64,000 nucleotides of DNA from an uncultured Gammaproteobacteria bacterium (GTDB taxonomy: Bacteria; Pseudomonadota; Gammaproteobacteria; Ga0077536), in the NCBI GenBank assembly GCA_938075585.1, contig CALJHG010000054.1, positions 49,834 to 113,833 of the forward strand, in the 5' to 3' direction. The notes under the pieces were generated by a model that saw only the letters and a program-made list of their open reading frames with translations, searched no databases and was not told the origin of the DNA. This document shows positions 10,494 through 20,111 of the stretch, piece by piece (the first letter of the stretch is position 1; each line of letters opens with the position of its first letter). Both the position numbers and the translations under genes were made by a program.

Positions 10494-11507
10494 TTGCGAA
10501 GAGTAGTTTCGGTAGTCGTAGGTATAGTTCGGGGCCCTTTCCGAGATATTTTACTCAGCAAAAGAAAACCTGAAGCTATTGAAGCGGGTCTCTGGGAGTT
10601 CCCTGGTGGGAAAATCGAGCGCGGAGAATTGCCTTTGCAGGCGCTTACCAGAGAGTTATGTGAAGAAGTCGGCGTGATGCCTTCGGTGGCAGTGCCAACT
10701 TTGGACTATAGCTATGCTCACGAACACTATGATCTGCATATTTTCGTTTATGACGTACTAAAATGGACTGGGAATGTGCGGTCGCGAGAAGGGCAAGAGA
10801 TCCGTTGGGTAAATAGTTCTGAACTAAAAAGGTACGATATGCCCTTGCCAAATCGGCAGATAAAGATTGCGGCAATACTTCCTCGCCACTCACTAGTTAC
10901 TGCACCTTTCGTGGGTGAGGAAGAGGCGTACCTAAAAAGAATTGAATTATGTCTTATAGGCGGGGTGCGTTTAATTCAATTCAGACCAAAAATCTCAGAT
11001 AAAATTTTACTTTTGAAATTAGCAAAAAGAGTGAGTTTTTTGTGCAAAAAATTCGATGCGCTGGCGATGTTGAATGTCGCAATGTTCGCTGACCAATTTC
11101 AGGAATTAGCGCAATACTTTGATGGAGTTCATTTTCCATCGCGAGAATTATTAAGGTTGAGTAAAAGACCGGTGCCAAGATCTATCTTGATAAGCGCTTC
11201 GTGCCATAACCAAACGGAACTTTTGAAAGCACAAGAAGTTGGTCTCGACTTTGTTTATTTATCGCCAGTTTTATCACCTGGTTCGTATTCCGCTTCTACA
11301 TATTTGGGGTGGGATAGGTCAGCTGATCTAGTGAAGTGCTCAGAACTCCCCACATATGGCTTGGGTGGTATGACGGCATCAAATATCTCTAAAGCATGTA
11401 AGGCTGGTTTACACGGTATTAGTATGGTGTCCGAACTCTGGGATTCCAAAGATCCTGGTTACACAGTGGGCGAGATTGAGAGAGAGTTATTCGCTTTCCG
11501 TGTATGA
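10494..11507 (+). CDS. mutT: Nudix hydrolase (MutT-type 8-oxo-dGTP diphosphatase) fused to a C-terminal thiamine-phosphate-synthase-like (ThiE-fold) domain; TTG start
   Basis: The N-terminus has an intact Nudix box (GGKIERGELPLQALTRELCEEVGV). The C-terminal ~200 aa are ThiE/TMP-synthase-like (TIM barrel). The gene has a TTG start with a GAGAGGA SD. The same fusion is present in Pseudomonas downstream of secA/argJ. Confidence 0.75.
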   Translation: MRRVVSVVVGIVRGPFRDILLSKRKPEAIEAGLWEFPGGKIERGELPLQALTRELCEEVGVMPSVAVPTLDYSYAHEHYDLHIFVYDVLKWTGNVRSREGQEIRWVNSSELKRYDMPLPNRQIKIAAILPRHSLVTAPFVGEEEAYLKRIELCLIGGVRLIQFRPKISDKILLLKLAKRVSFLCKKFDALAMLNVAMFADQFQELAQYFDGVHFPSRELLRLSKRPVPRSILISASCHNQTELLKAQEVGLDFVYLSPVLSPGSYSASTYLGWDRSADLVKCSELPTYGLGGMTASNISKACKAGLHGISMVSELWDSKDPGYTVGEIERELFAFRV

Positions 11508-11511
11508 TTTT

Positions 11512-12318
11512 CTAGCTTGTAATACCACAATGTTCAATGAAGAATTCGATATTTTCGTCAGATTTTGTGGGTTTTATTTTTGTCGAGCTGTGAACATAGA
11601 ATCGGACCGTAAACCTATGTTTGCCGCCGCTAATTTCAGGGAAAATAGATCCCTCCTTAGGCAAGTGGATTCTTAGAAGGTAGTATTTTGCGTTAGTATT
11701 AAGTGTTTCTTGGTAAAATCCGTTGGTCGCGGTTGCATTTGATACTTGCCCGCTTTCTCGCACAACCCGTAAAACAAGGTTGCTTGCCCATAGAATTGGT
11801 CGGAGGTCTTCCATCCATTCATTTAGTTGTGTTGTTCTTTCCACTTCTCTTTTATTTATCCAGTAGTATAGCCGAGGAATATCAAAATGGCAGGCTCCTC
11901 CCGACATTCCTAATCGGTGTCTGACCTGTGTGGCGAGCTCGTCTTTCTGGATCAGATTACCTGGTTGATAGTCTCTTATTCGCAGGAAATTCAAGCCTTC
12001 ATTCATTTCAGATAACAATTTAGTGAGGCTTTTACTATCGACATTGGGATTTCCCGACAGCTGTTTAAAAGAAGATGTGATGATTTCTAGTTCTTGTATC
12101 AAATCTTTTTTGATATCGATGCGCTGGATAAAGTCACATACCTCTATCATCTGGATTAACGCCATTCTTGAGCTATCACAGGATTTTTCATCAATATTGT
12201 TCTGTATTTCAGAAAAAAATTGCTCAAGCCTAAGAAAGTTTCGTGTTTTTTCGTTCAAGGGGAGCTCGTAAGAGGTGAGATCCGGCTGCAAAGAAAAGGG
12301 TTTACGGATAGTCATCAC
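11512..12318 (-). CDS. zapD: cell division protein ZapD (YacF, DUF1342)
   Basis: 268 aa. The N-terminal YELPLNEKTRNFLRLE matches E. coli ZapD FEHPLNEKMRTWLRIE. It lies immediately downstream of coaE on the same strand. Confidence 0.75.
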   Translation of the reverse strand: MMTIRKPFSLQPDLTSYELPLNEKTRNFLRLEQFFSEIQNNIDEKSCDSSRMALIQMIEVCDFIQRIDIKKDLIQELEIITSSFKQLSGNPNVDSKSLTKLLSEMNEGLNFLRIRDYQPGNLIQKDELATQVRHRLGMSGGACHFDIPRLYYWINKREVERTTQLNEWMEDLRPILWASNLVLRVVRESGQVSNATATNGFYQETLNTNAKYYLLRIHLPKEGSIFPEISGGKHRFTVRFYVHSSTKIKPTKSDENIEFFIEHCGITS

Positions 12319-12326
12319 AAATTTTA

Positions 12327-12962
12327 CTAATTATTTGCATTAAATAAATCTTGATAAGTTTCATGGAGTAATTGAACTTGATCATTTAGTTGTGACGTGG
12401 GTCCATTATTTATGATGATATCATCTGCAATTACGAGTCTATCTTCCCTACTTGCCTGAGCTTTCATAATAGCAACTACTGTTTCATTAGCAAGTCGATC
12501 CCTCGAAATCACTCTTTCCATCTGAATTTTTTCGTCGCAATCTACCACTAGAATTCTGTCAAAAATACTTTTATCAGTACTCTCTGCGATCAATGGTACT
12601 GAGAGCAGGCAATAACTTTTATTTACCCGTGAGATTTGTAATCTCATTTCGTTTCTAACTTTTGGGTGCACGATTTGTTCTAGAACTTTTCGTTTAGCGG
12701 GTTGCGAAAACACTATATTTTTGATCTTTGGCCTGTCTAGTTCCCCGGAATCAGTTAAGATATCTTCTCCGAATTCTGCGACAATTGCCCGCAAGGCTGG
12801 CTGATTTTTTTTAACTACATCTTTTGCAATGATGTCTGCATCTATCACTGGTATAGCGAATAATTCGTGGAACAAATTGCATACTGTTGTCTTGCCTGAC
12901 CCGATCCCACCAGTTACACCGATGACAAACGTGGGGCTCGTATGTGTTACATGCTTGGTCAA
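12327..12962 (-). CDS. coaE: dephospho-CoA kinase
   Basis: 211 aa with the P-loop VIGVTGGIGSGKTTV. Confidence 0.85.
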   Translation of the reverse strand: MTKHVTHTSPTFVIGVTGGIGSGKTTVCNLFHELFAIPVIDADIIAKDVVKKNQPALRAIVAEFGEDILTDSGELDRPKIKNIVFSQPAKRKVLEQIVHPKVRNEMRLQISRVNKSYCLLSVPLIAESTDKSIFDRILVVDCDEKIQMERVISRDRLANETVVAIMKAQASREDRLVIADDIIINNGPTSQLNDQVQLLHETYQDLFNANN

Positions 12963-13066
12963 ATCATCACCTAAATTGTTTATAAAGTCGTTTGCTGAGA
13001 TTACAACACATTTCCCTGCAACCGAAAGATATTTTTGGTGTCAGGTATCTGTACTCAGATTTTAGT

Positions 13067-14083
13067 TCATGAATTTAGTTTTTCTGCATCAATGTCTAGC
13101 GCATCTATTAGAGCATTTAGATCGCTTGGCAAGCGGCTCACAAAAGACCATTTTTTACCTTTTTCGGGGAATATGAACTCGAGCCTTTTAGCATGGAGAG
13201 CTTGCCTGGAGAAGGTAGAGACGATCTCCCTAAGTGAAGCGGTTGGATTTTTTGGTATATGTGGTCGAGCTCCGTAGGTCGTATCGCCTAGAATTGGATG
13301 GCCTATAGACGCCATATGCACCCTGATCTGATGGGTGCGACCAGTTTCCAGTTGCACTTCGAGTAAAGTATGAGCTCTATATTTTTTTAGTATGCGAAAA
13401 TTAGTCTTCGCGTATCTTCCCGAATCACTTACCTTCATTCTGGTGCGAACTATATTGTCTCGACGAATATTTGCCTCCACGCTACCGCCAGACACCATAA
13501 CGCCGTTAACGACGGCCAGATAAATCCTACTGATCGCTCTTTTTTGAAGTATTTTTGACAGGAACGTATAACTTTGGATATTGCGCGCAACAAGAAGTAA
13601 GCCCGAGGTATTTTTGTCTATGCGATGTATCAGACCACCCCGAGGCAAATGTTGTAATTCTGGGAACTCATTGATAATACCATTTAGAAGAGTTCTGTCA
13701 GGGTTACCAGCGCCAGGGTGGACTACTATCCCTGAGGGTTTATTTACCACTATAAAGTCTTGATTTTCAGCGATAAGATCAAAGTCAACCTTTTGCGGTA
13801 ACATTTTCTGGTCATTGCGTATTTCGTGGGGAACTTCTAGTTCAATCTTATCGCCACTTTTAACTTTTGTACTTGGTTTTGCAGCGGCTCCATTTAGTCG
13901 TAAAGTATTACCGTCGATGCACTTTTTTAGGACCGTCCTTGAGTATTCGGCGTAGAGCTCGCATGCCGCATGATCTAATCTGGACCCACTTAGATGTTCT
14001 GGGATTGCGCTGGCCTGTATTTCAACAATTTTAGTTTCATTACTTCTGTTCATGCTATCTGACATTAATATAATATTAATCAC
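13067..14083 (-). CDS. rluD: 23S rRNA pseudouridine synthase RluD (start may be the internal Met near 14053)
   Basis: It has an S4 domain plus the RluA-family catalytic motif HRIDKNTSGLLLVA. It is divergent from bamD, as in E. coli rluD/yfiO. Confidence 0.8.
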   Translation of the reverse strand: MINIILMSDSMNRSNETKIVEIQASAIPEHLSGSRLDHAACELYAEYSRTVLKKCIDGNTLRLNGAAAKPSTKVKSGDKIELEVPHEIRNDQKMLPQKVDFDLIAENQDFIVVNKPSGIVVHPGAGNPDRTLLNGIINEFPELQHLPRGGLIHRIDKNTSGLLLVARNIQSYTFLSKILQKRAISRIYLAVVNGVMVSGGSVEANIRRDNIVRTRMKVSDSGRYAKTNFRILKKYRAHTLLEVQLETGRTHQIRVHMASIGHPILGDTTYGARPHIPKNPTASLREIVSTFSRQALHAKRLEFIFPEKGKKWSFVSRLPSDLNALIDALDIDAEKLNS

Positions 14084-14187
14084 TATAATATTTTATCTGT
14101 GCGATTTTGTATCGAATAAGCTAAAATTCTGTTTAAATCGTGTTTTAACCAATAGAAAATTAATTTTTTAAGCGTGTTTTATCAAGT

Positions 14188-14991
14188 ATGCAAATTACAA
14201 CTACAGAAGCTTTTCGATCTTTTAGTGTTTTACTGTTAATTATTGGGATCTCCGGGTGCGGGTATTTTCAAAGTCAGTCGGATAGAGATCGAGAGGAGGG
14301 TAAGTGGCCTGAAGAAAGGCTATACAGAATGGCCAAGGAAAAGCTAGATTTTGGTTCTTGTACTGGCGCCATTGAATATTACGAAAAACTTCAAGCTAGA
14401 TACCCTTTCGGTATTTACACGCAGCAGTCTCAGATCGAGCTCGCTTTTTGTTATTACCGGACAGATGATCCCAACATGGCAATGGTGACTATCGATAGGT
14501 TCATTAAATTATACCCTTCCCACCCAAATATGGCTTATGCCTTCTACTTGCGAGGACTGATCAACTTTGGTCGAGGTAGAGGCCTCATTGATCGTTGGTT
14601 GCCGAAAGATGGCTCGCAGCGAGATCCAGGATTATCTTTGGAATCCTTTAACGATTTTAGTGAAGTAGTGAAAAGCTTTCCAGAGAGTATTTATGTGACG
14701 GATGCGCGTCTACGAATGAGATTTTTACGGAATCAACTGGCTCAGCATGAGGTTAATGTCGCGAATTATTACATGCGGAGAGGAGCGTACGTCGCATCCG
14801 CTAATCGAGCACGATATGTTGTAGAGAAATACCAGCAGACCCCTTCAGTGCCAGAGGCTCTAGTTCTACTAGCTAAATCTTATAAAATACTTGAATTAAA
14901 TGATTTGGCAGACGATGCATTAAAAGTTTTAGAGCTTAATTATCCTAACCATGTGAGGGTAGAAGAGGTTAAGCAAACCGAGGTACAGTAG
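14188..14991 (+). CDS. bamD: outer membrane protein assembly factor BamD (YfiO), lipoprotein
   Basis: 267 aa with a signal peptide and lipobox (IGISGC). It has TPR-like repeats and is divergent from rluD. Confidence 0.8.
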   Translation: MQITTTEAFRSFSVLLLIIGISGCGYFQSQSDRDREEGKWPEERLYRMAKEKLDFGSCTGAIEYYEKLQARYPFGIYTQQSQIELAFCYYRTDDPNMAMVTIDRFIKLYPSHPNMAYAFYLRGLINFGRGRGLIDRWLPKDGSQRDPGLSLESFNDFSEVVKSFPESIYVTDARLRMRFLRNQLAQHEVNVANYYMRRGAYVASANRARYVVEKYQQTPSVPEALVLLAKSYKILELNDLADDALKVLELNYPNHVRVEEVKQTEVQ

Positions 14992-14998
14992 TAACTTT

Positions 14999-16624
14999 TC
15001 AAAGTTCACTATACTTTGAGGTGATAGGAAATCTTCTATCGCGCCCGAAAGCTCGTTTAGTGATCCGTACACCTGGCGCCGATTGTCGTCTCTTGTGTTC
15101 GCTTTTGTCTACCAGTCGTGCGATTCTTTCTACGACTTGCTTTTCAAACCCTCTTTGGATTATTTCGTTTGGAGTAAAGTCCTTTTCAATATACAGCTCA
15201 AGTATCTCATCGAGTATTTCGTAAGGCGGTAGAGAGTCAGAGTCTTTTTGGTTTGGTGCCAATTCAGCCGAAGGTGCTCTCTCAATAACATTAGTCGGTA
15301 TTACGTATGAACGAGAATTTCGCCATTTGGCGAGTGAGTAAACCAAGGTTTTGTTCAGATCTTTTAAAGGGGCAAAACCGCCCACCATATCTCCATATAG
15401 AGTCGAATAACCAACTGCAGCTTCACTTTTATTACTGGTGGTAATGACCATAAAACCGGACGAATTTGATTCTGCCATAAGGAGCACACCTCGACTACGA
15501 GCTTGAATATTCTCTCCAGTTATTCCATCCGTCTTATTAGGTCCAGCAAGTGTGAGAGTAGTTTCAAATGACTTCACTATATCCTCGATTGAGATCACAG
15601 AGAAATCACAGCCGAGTAGCGTGGCTTCTTCTTCAGCATCATTTATGCTCATTTCTGCCGTAAATTTGGAAGGCATAGAGATTGCTCTTACTCTCTCAGC
15701 GCCCAGCGCATCAACAGCAATAGCTAATGATAGTGCGGAGTCAATACCGCCTGATAATCCGATAATACATCCCGTGAAACTGTTTTTATTTACGTAATCT
15801 TTCAATCCTAGGACTAGAGATTTATAGATTGACTCCTCACTACTCGGGAGGTTATTGATTTTAGCTGTGAAAAGTATTTCATTTTGATGTTTTTTTAGTT
15901 CAACTAAAAAAAGAGTTTCAACATGAGATTCTTCTTGTCCCACGACAGTTCCCGCTTTATCTACTACAAAGGATCCACCATCAAACACTAATTCGTCCTG
16001 ACCTCCAATTGTATTTAAATACATGATCGGCAGGTTGCTAGAAATTGCAGCTATTTTTAGAGCAGCTTTTCTATCATCGATTTTGTCGCTATGAAAAGGT
16101 GATGCATTAATATTACAAATTACTTCAGCTCCCTTGTTAGCTAAGTCTTGAGCGCTCAGAGGATTCCAGATATCTTCACAGATACTTAACCCAAGTTTGA
16201 AGCCGCAGATATTAGTGACGCAAGGCTCCTCTCCTGGCGTAAAGTAGCGTTTCTCGTCGAACACAGAATAATTTGGAAGTTCCCGCTTACGATAGCGTGA
16301 GATTATTTTCCCTCCATATAAAACCGCACAACTGTTGTAAATTTTTTTGTCATCTATTTCTGGGTAGCCCAAGATTACATATAACCGACCAGTATTTCGA
16401 GCGATTTTAAACAACGAGTTTTCAACCTGCTCGTATAGATTGGGGCGCAATAAAAGATCTTCAGGAGGGTATCCTGTAATGGCCAGCTCAGGAAAGACAA
16501 CCACATCAGCCGCTAATTCAGACTCTGCACGCTTACAACTTTCGATAATTTTCTGAGTATTTGCCGAGATATCTCCCACACACAAATTAACCTGTGCTAG
16601 TACTACATTTAAGGTTTCTGACAT
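14999..16624 (-). CDS. nadE: glutamine-dependent NAD+ synthetase
   Basis: 541 aa. It has an N-terminal nitrilase/CN-hydrolase domain plus a C-terminal NAD synthetase domain (SGGIDSAL PP-loop). Confidence 0.88.
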   Translation of the reverse strand: MSETLNVVLAQVNLCVGDISANTQKIIESCKRAESELAADVVVFPELAITGYPPEDLLLRPNLYEQVENSLFKIARNTGRLYVILGYPEIDDKKIYNSCAVLYGGKIISRYRKRELPNYSVFDEKRYFTPGEEPCVTNICGFKLGLSICEDIWNPLSAQDLANKGAEVICNINASPFHSDKIDDRKAALKIAAISSNLPIMYLNTIGGQDELVFDGGSFVVDKAGTVVGQEESHVETLFLVELKKHQNEILFTAKINNLPSSEESIYKSLVLGLKDYVNKNSFTGCIIGLSGGIDSALSLAIAVDALGAERVRAISMPSKFTAEMSINDAEEEATLLGCDFSVISIEDIVKSFETTLTLAGPNKTDGITGENIQARSRGVLLMAESNSSGFMVITTSNKSEAAVGYSTLYGDMVGGFAPLKDLNKTLVYSLAKWRNSRSYVIPTNVIERAPSAELAPNQKDSDSLPPYEILDEILELYIEKDFTPNEIIQRGFEKQVVERIARLVDKSEHKRRQSAPGVRITKRAFGRDRRFPITSKYSEL

Positions 16625-16669
16625 ACGGGCACCTTGGCGGAGAACTGTCGCGTGAACATTAGAGCTGAC

Positions 16670-17542
16670 TTACTTAATAGCTTTTGCCATAGCCGACCCC
16701 ATTTCGGCAGGAGATTTAACAGTAATTACTCCTGCTTTATCAAGCGCTTTAAATTTATCGTCAGCGGTTCCCTTGCCACCTGAAATTATTGCTCCAGCAT
16801 GGCCCATACGTTTACCCGGAGGCGCGGTAACACCTGCGATATATCCAACCACCGGTTTTGAAACATGTTCTCCTATATACTCGGCTGCTTCTTCCTCTGC
16901 GGTTCCGCCAATTTCCCCAACCATGATTATACCTTCAGTTTCTGGGTCTTCTTGGAATAGCTCGATACAGTCTATAAAGTTCATTCCGTGGATAGGATCC
17001 CCTCCTATTCCTACACATGTACTTTGTCCGAGTCCTTCAGACGTTGTCTGATGCACTGCCTCATAGGTGAGAGTTCCCGACCGTGACACTATACCAATTT
17101 TTCCACTCATGTGGATCGCTGCTGGCATGATTCCAATTTTGCATTGACCCGGAGTTATCAAACCTGGGCAATTGGGTCCTATTAGTCTGATACTTTTATC
17201 CCTTCCTATGCTGTCTTTGACTCTTAGCATATCCAGTACTGGTATTCCTTCGGTGATACAGGCAATAATTTTGATTCCAGCTTCTACGGCTTCTACGATA
17301 GCATCTGCGGCAAATGGGGGAGGGACGAAGATAATTGATGCATCAGCGCCGGTAGCCGCCACTCCATTAGCAACTGTATCGAAAATTGGCCGGTCTAAAT
17401 GAGTGTCTCCCCCACGATTTGGGGTCACGCCGCCAACTATTTTCGTACCGTAAGCTATTGCTTGTTCTGCATGAAACGTGCCCTGCTTTCCGGTAAAACC
17501 TTGAACTAAAACCTTAGTATCCTTGTTTACTAAAATTGACAT
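16670..17542 (-). CDS. sucD: succinyl-CoA ligase alpha subunit
   Basis: 290 aa, CoA-binding, with a conserved phosphohistidine region (MGHAGAII). Confidence 0.93.
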   Translation of the reverse strand: MSILVNKDTKVLVQGFTGKQGTFHAEQAIAYGTKIVGGVTPNRGGDTHLDRPIFDTVANGVAATGADASIIFVPPPFAADAIVEAVEAGIKIIACITEGIPVLDMLRVKDSIGRDKSIRLIGPNCPGLITPGQCKIGIMPAAIHMSGKIGIVSRSGTLTYEAVHQTTSEGLGQSTCVGIGGDPIHGMNFIDCIELFQEDPETEGIIMVGEIGGTAEEEAAEYIGEHVSKPVVGYIAGVTAPPGKRMGHAGAIISGGKGTADDKFKALDKAGVITVKSPAEMGSAMAKAIK

Positions 17543-18708
17543 TATTTTTTTTCTCCCACGGCTGTCACGGCTTTTGTGGCAGCATCTGCTAAATTTTCGG
17601 CACTAATAATTGCCAGACCACTTGCAGCTAACATTTCCTTTCCTTCGTTTACGTTAGTTCCTTCAAGTCTCACAATCACCGGAACTTTTACTCCAACTTC
17701 TTTTACAGCAGTGATGATTCCTTCTGCAATTAGATCACATCGAACGATTCCACCAAATATGTTTACAAGTATAGCCTCGACTTTTTTGTCAGACACTATG
17801 ATTTTAAAAGCTTCTGCTACGCGTTCGGCTGTGGTACCCCCACCCACGTCAAGAAAATTAGCGGGTCGCCCGCCGGTTAGCTTAATGATATCCATTGTAG
17901 CCATGGCCAGCCCCGCACCGTTTACCATACAGGCTATATTTCCATCCAGAGTCACATAATTAAGATCAAATTCGGCGGCTTGCCGTTCTTTCAAATCCTC
18001 TTGCGACGGGTCCCTCCATTCTGAGATCTCTTGTCGGTACAGCGCGTTATCGTCTACGTTAATTTTGGCATCGATAGCACATAGTGATTCGTCTTCCAGT
18101 ATTGCTAATGGGTTTATTTCCACTAGGCTAAGATCTTTTTCTACGAATAGCTGATACAGACCGCGCAAAATGACCTGAAGTCCCTTGATTTGAGCAGGCT
18201 TCAGTCCCAATGAAAATCCCATTTGACGACACTGAAAGTCTTGGATGCCTAAGCCAGGTTCAACGCTGAAGGTGATAATTTTTTCCGGCGTCTTTGCTGC
18301 TACTTCCTCTATATCCATTCCTCCAGCGAGAGAGCCCATAAATGTTACAAGCCGCGTGCCTCGATCAACTACCGCACCGAGATAAAGTTCTTTCGCTATG
18401 TCAGCTGCTGCTGCTATCAGAACGCAGTTGACGGGCTGTCCGTCTGGAGCAGATTGAGTCGTAATGAGTTGTGACCCGATTAGTCGATCGGCAGTTTCTT
18501 TAACTTCGTTTATGTCCTTTGTGAATTTCACTCCACCGGCTTTACCCCTGCCGCCGGCGTGAACTTGAGCTTTTACCAGCCAGGCATCTCCCCCGAGGTT
18601 TTTTGCATTTTTGACTGCTTCAGAGCCATCACGGGCTATCATGCCATCCTGAACGGGTATTCCGTATTCTGCGAATAGTTGCTTGGCCTGATACTCATGT
18701 AAGTTCAT
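17542..18708 (-). CDS. sucC: succinyl-CoA ligase beta subunit
   Basis: 388 aa with the ATP-grasp N-terminus [19 protein letters not shown]. Its stop overlaps the sucD start. Confidence 0.93.
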   Translation of the reverse strand: MNLHEYQAKQLFAEYGIPVQDGMIARDGSEAVKNAKNLGGDAWLVKAQVHAGGRGKAGGVKFTKDINEVKETADRLIGSQLITTQSAPDGQPVNCVLIAAAADIAKELYLGAVVDRGTRLVTFMGSLAGGMDIEEVAAKTPEKIITFSVEPGLGIQDFQCRQMGFSLGLKPAQIKGLQVILRGLYQLFVEKDLSLVEINPLAILEDESLCAIDAKINVDDNALYRQEISEWRDPSQEDLKERQAAEFDLNYVTLDGNIACMVNGAGLAMATMDIIKLTGGRPANFLDVGGGTTAERVAEAFKIIVSDKKVEAILVNIFGGIVRCDLIAEGIITAVKEVGVKVPVIVRLEGTNVNEGKEMLAASGLAIISAENLADAATKAVTAVGEKK

Positions 18709-18919
18709 TTATGTTATCTCCGTTTTTGTTTTGGACTGCCTTGCTCGATATTAAATGGGCGTTGAAATTTCTGGGATCATCCGTACTTGTGTATTGCTAG
18801 ATAAAAGTGACAATATAGTATCTTTAGATATGCGTAACAATAGTGTAAGTATGGCAATTTCGGGACAATTTGTCATTTGAATTATTTTACTAGGATGAGA
18901 CGTTTTTAGGTATGTATAA

Positions 18920-19138
18920 ATGGCAATTCGTTTAGTTTTTATAATTATGTTCGCACTGAGTTGTGTCTTTTTGATACGAAAATATAAAGCTATGCGGAGT
19001 CAAAAAACTAGGAACATTACAGAGCCTAAGATACTCGCTTGCGCTGACTGTGGAGTTTATGTTCCGGAATCGGATGCCGTCAGGCGCCATGGTCGGGTAT
19101 ATTGCAGCAGTATGCACGCTGAAAATCATGAAGTTTAA
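18920..19138 (+). CDS. small membrane-anchored zinc-ribbon protein (72 aa), function unknown
   Basis: It has an N-terminal hydrophobic helix (IRLVFIIMFALSCVFLI) and then a basic linker. The C-terminal motif is CADCGVYVPESD...RVYCSSMHAENH (CxxC...C(S)xxH...H). It is an orphan gene with its own divergent promoter region shared with sucC. Confidence 0.5.
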   Translation: MAIRLVFIIMFALSCVFLIRKYKAMRSQKTRNITEPKILACADCGVYVPESDAVRRHGRVYCSSMHAENHEV

Positions 19139-19227
19139 AATCAGGCCATTGACAGTGATCGAATCGATGATCCTGTTGGGCGCTGCTGCGTTAGCGGCTC
19201 ATTTCCTGATTTTATACCTTTAGGTTG

Positions 19228-20016
19228 TTATTCTCCCTGATTTGATGCGGACAAAAGAACTATTAATTGGCGGAAAATTTTTGGGTTAGCGGCTACTATG
19301 TTGCCAGACTCTAAGTGAGTCTCCCTCCCTGTGATATCTGCTACAAGACCTCCAGACTCCTGCACTAGCAGGGCGCCTGCTGCTAGGTCCCATTCCTTCA
19401 GGTCATATTCCCAATAGCCGTCTAGTCTTCCGCAAGCTACATATGCTAGGTCAAGCGCTGCCGATCCGGAGCGACGAATATCAGCACTGAGCCCCAAGAT
19501 TTTAGAGAATCCATTGAGGTACTCAAATAAACGTTGTTTTTCCCTAACTGGAAAACCGGTAGCAAGCAATGCTGAATCAAGTTCTTGGTTGACACTAACT
19601 CGTATTTTTTGCCCGTTGATCTGCGCACCTTCCCCGCGAGACGCAGTAAACAACTCATCTTTTATAGGATCGTAAATTATCGCTTGATCAAGTCTGCCTT
19701 TTATTCGCAGTGCGATTGAAATGGCATAGTGAGGATATCCACGAATAAAATTAAGCGTGCCATCGAGAGGATCAATCAGCCATGTGTAGTCGGATTTGCC
19801 AGATTCGCCTGACTCTTCTGCTAAAATAGCGTGGGTTGGATAAGCTTGCGAAAGAGTCTCTATTATTGCATTTTCCGCTTCCACGTCTACTTGCGTCACA
19901 TAATCGCGGAGACCTTTTCGGCTGATGCGCAGATCATATAGGCGATTTTGCGCTCTAGAGATTATTACGCCCGCTCTGCGCGCTGCGCGGATCGCGATAT
20001 TTAACATTGGGTGCAT
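19228..20016 (-). CDS. suhB: inositol monophosphatase family protein SuhB
   Basis: 262 aa. The N-terminus MHPMLNIAIRAARRAG is near-identical to E. coli SuhB. It is divergent from trmJ. Confidence 0.85.
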   Translation of the reverse strand: MHPMLNIAIRAARRAGVIISRAQNRLYDLRISRKGLRDYVTQVDVEAENAIIETLSQAYPTHAILAEESGESGKSDYTWLIDPLDGTLNFIRGYPHYAISIALRIKGRLDQAIIYDPIKDELFTASRGEGAQINGQKIRVSVNQELDSALLATGFPVREKQRLFEYLNGFSKILGLSADIRRSGSAALDLAYVACGRLDGYWEYDLKEWDLAAGALLVQESGGLVADITGRETHLESGNIVAANPKIFRQLIVLLSASNQGE

Positions 20017-20111
20017 AGTTTGAAGCCACGTGAATAAAAATTTTATTTTACCTTATTTAAAAGGCATCATTATTGAAATACTTTTTAGGGGTGTCGTTTG
20101 AGGAGTTTAGC

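Noticed and set aside
17576-17959. 127-aa plus-strand ORF inside sucC
   Set aside because: It is antisense to sucC and Ser/Ala/Thr/Pro-rich, which marks it as a shadow ORF.
19139-19227. Weak inverted repeat AAATCAGG...CCTGATTT between the zinc-ribbon gene and suhB
   Set aside because: It is an 8-bp AT-rich stem with an ~50-nt loop and no following T-tract. That is too weak to call a terminator.
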